A stretch of DNA of 63,239 bases, filler included, from Neoconidiobolus thromboides FSU 785 (lineage: Eukaryota; Fungi; Entomophthoromycota), in NCBI GenBank assembly GCA_025603075.1. It is 7 parts of 7 records of this genome, joined end to end, with 100 filler letters (N's around TTAATTAATTAA, not from the genome) between each part and the next. Parts side by side here need not be neighbours in the genome. Positions count along the whole stretch, not along the records: positions 60,412 to 62,114 come from MU626928.1; positions 62,215 to 63,239 come from MU627051.1; 5 more parts are not named here. One strand, given 5' to 3'. This document shows, piece by piece, positions 60,312 through 63,239 of this stretch (the first letter of the stretch is position 1; each line of letters starts with the position of its first letter). The notes under the pieces were generated by a model. That model was not told the DNA's origin. It searched no databases and saw nothing but the letters and a program-made list of their open reading frames with translations. The position numbers were made by a program, and so were the translations under genes.

Positions 60312-63127
60312 NNNNNNNNNNNNNNNNNNNNNNNNNNNNNNNNNNNNNNNNNNNNTTAATTAATTAANNNNNNNNNNNNNNNNNNNNNNNNNNNNNNNNN
60401 NNNNNNNNNNNATTATAAACGTTAAATGAGTTGATAACACGGATGTATTATTTTAAGGTTAATGGACCGGTTTGTTTATAACTTAAATGTATAGGTAACA
60501 CATGGTAAGTTATAGCACATTATCAACGATAAAGTAGTTTAATCGATTATTTATGTTTATACTTAATAATTATCAAAATAAAATAGTTATTTTTTATCCA
60601 CATTTTTATACACCCTTTCCATAAATACATTGTAAATTTAGAGCTTATTTATTTTTCAATATTTCATTGCAGTCTTTTTTACTAATAAGTAGAAAATACT
60701 AGCATCTTAGAGTGCTTTTATTTATTATTCAACTGCATGTTATTATTATGTTGAAATGATACAAATGGTTACACAAATTTATAACTTATTTAAGTATCAG
60801 TAATTTATTGTATTAGATTATAAGTTAAATGACAATTGGTTGTATATAGTCTGTTATTTCTTTGATACTATCATAAGATTTACAAATTTATTCAAGTTTC
60901 GGTCACACTTATATAAAAAATTACCTAATAGTTATACAAGTATTAAAAGTCAAAGACTCTTAGTTCTATTTTTTAAAAAGCAAGACTAAATGAGTTCAAA
61001 ATATCTAGTAAAATTAATGTGTAATTTACCAAATCAGGTTTTCAACAAAATTGAATCCCTTTAAAATTTAACTCTATTTAGAATTTAACTTTCATAACTG
61101 AATTCGTCAAATAAATTTACTAAACTCAATCATACCACACATGCTTAAAATCAATGAAATACATTTGATATTTTCATAAACAAGTTATAAAATATATAAA
61201 AAAAAGCTAAGGTTTTAATAATAAAATCGTGGAGTACAAAGCTTTATTACAATTAGAAACCAAGCCAATAAAGTAGCTGACAATACCCCAGTAACAAAAT
61301 GTTAATATTAGACGATGCTTAATAACATTTGTAAATAATATTTAAAGTAATAACTAACTAAATTAGTTATGTAAATTAACCATAGTTAGTTTCATATTAA
61401 GTAAAACCAAAAACAGCTGATTTGAAATCCATTTATCTCAAATATTCTCCATTGCAAAACGTCCATCACACCTTAACCTCCTTATAAATAATTCATACTA
61501 GATTTAAAAATGTATTCAGAATTAGCCCTATTAAAGTTAACTCTATAATTTATATTTATTCATTAGTAGATACTCTATTCTATTGATATAATCTGCTCTT
61601 TACAGATTAGAGTATGGCTTTTTGGAATGAACTAGATACAACAGTAGTTCAGTTACTTCAAAAATGAATTTTTATTATATCGAAGATTTAAATTAATGAT
61701 AAATAATCCATAGAAATTAGCAATGATAACTTCATGTAAAATTCTTAGTCCTTTAAATCACTCGAGCCTTTATATAACTTACAGAGAACATCAATTACAT
61801 TAGCATAGAGTAGCTTTTGATGTTATTTTCCAAAAGCATGTTTTTGTTTCAATAATTTACTAATGTGTTTTCTAATTTTAGGCTACATAAGTAATAGACA
61901 AAATAATAAAAAAGATAATTGCTTATTTAAATGTTGTATTGGTATTAAAAAAAATTCAATTTACTATCAATGATAACAAAGAGAAATCATAATATGAAAA
62001 TTTTTAATATATATATGACATTATTATGTTTATTTATAAATAAATATCCAGGTAATAGTAGTCAAGATTTGACTTCATGTTTAAGGCCAGTGACGACGGA
62101 TTTCAATTGCTTTGNNNNNNNNNNNNNNNNNNNNNNNNNNNNNNNNNNNNNNNNNNNNTTAATTAATTAANNNNNNNNNNNNNNNNNNNNNNNNNNNNNN
62201 NNNNNNNNNNNNNNGCCAATCAAAGCTGTTATACACTTCAAGGTGTTAAAGGTTTATGCAAACTTTGTGAATGCATTCCTCAAGCAGCATTTGCTACATC
62301 TATTAATAGTCCATAGTACATATATTAAGTTTGAAAATATACATGTAATAAAAATAATAATGGAAGAGGTCAAATAAATATGATTACAAAGACTAATAGT
62401 TTTTTTTATATAAAATGTTATTATTATTAAAACTTCTAATTGCTTTTTATATACAAAAATCATCCAAATTAACAAATTTAAAAAACCAACTTAGTATTTT
62501 GTTTTTTATAGTCATTTCATACAAAGCTAAGATAATTTTTGTATTAAGTGTTATTTTCTATTATGATTTTATACCTTCGCAACTTAGACCAATATAAAAA
62601 TTAGTAAAACACGGGAAGACCTGATGCCATTTTATTAAAAACTAAAGTCTTAAATTAAATTTTTTATATAAAAATTACACTTTTGAACCTTTTTTACCTG
62701 TGGTGTTAGCTCCGAATGATTTATTAAACTAAAAAGTATAAACACTTGAGTCAGGTGACTTAAAAGATACACTTATTTAGAGGTTATTTTCTGGTAAAAT
62801 ATTTATAGCATCTAAAAAATTCCTACCTTTAGAAAAAGCAGTTGAAAAAATGTCAACTATTTTATCTGTTTTATAAAAGATTCCCTACTAGATGATGAAA
62901 AAGATAGGGTTGAAAGACAAGTTCTGCTTACTGGTCCGATACAAATTTAAGCTATGTTTTAATTCAAGGTATCAGATAACTTCTTTGTTAAAGTTACCTT
63001 GCAAGCTTCATAATATACATATAATTAAAATAAGAAATTTATTTAAATTTGAAGAGTATAGATAATGATAATAAATCGGGTATGTTATTATAATAACTAA
63101 TTTATTAGTTATTTTTAAGCCAACATT

Positions 63128-63239
63128 GGAATTGTCTGAATTAATTTCATTATTTTATCCAATTTAAATATTTTGTATTTTAGAAACTTTGCTTAAGAGT
63201 CTATAAAATCAAATTTTTTATCAAAATAAAAGTACCCAG
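63128..63239 (+). mobile_element. Terminus of family B repeat
   Basis: Homologous to 41970-42086 and ends at the same AAAAGTACCCA. Confidence 0.7.

Overview
Very AT-rich eukaryotic DNA with short GT-AG introns (~45-60 nt). It looks like an early-diverging fungus, possibly Conidiobolus/Neoconidiobolus-like, but that is inference only. The window is 7 contigs joined by artificial 100-bp linkers (44 N + TTAATTAATTAA + 44 N). Gene-dense blocks carry intron-rich housekeeping genes: PDCD7/U11-59K, condensin YCG1, capping protein alpha, mitochondrial PheRS, DPM2, TRS33 and a two-Myb Tbf1/telobox-like protein. There are four tRNAs (Gln, His, Pro, Ala). Repeat-rich blocks carry intronless secreted or receptor genes: an S28 peptidase, a 7-TM GPCR, a 41-aa secreted peptide precursor plus a decayed copy, PNGase A between two inverted amidase copies, an orphan 606-aa possible terpene-cyclase-fold protein, and decayed Kelch-TM genes. 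About 37 copies of a ~98-bp MITE have GGGG...CCCC ends and a 4-bp AWWT-like target duplication (Sola-like signature). Best leads: the peptide/peptidase/GPCR neighbourhood, the Sola-like MITE and its longer relative at contig breaks, the non-canonical terpene-cyclase candidate, and two contigs bracketed by inverted gene duplicates.
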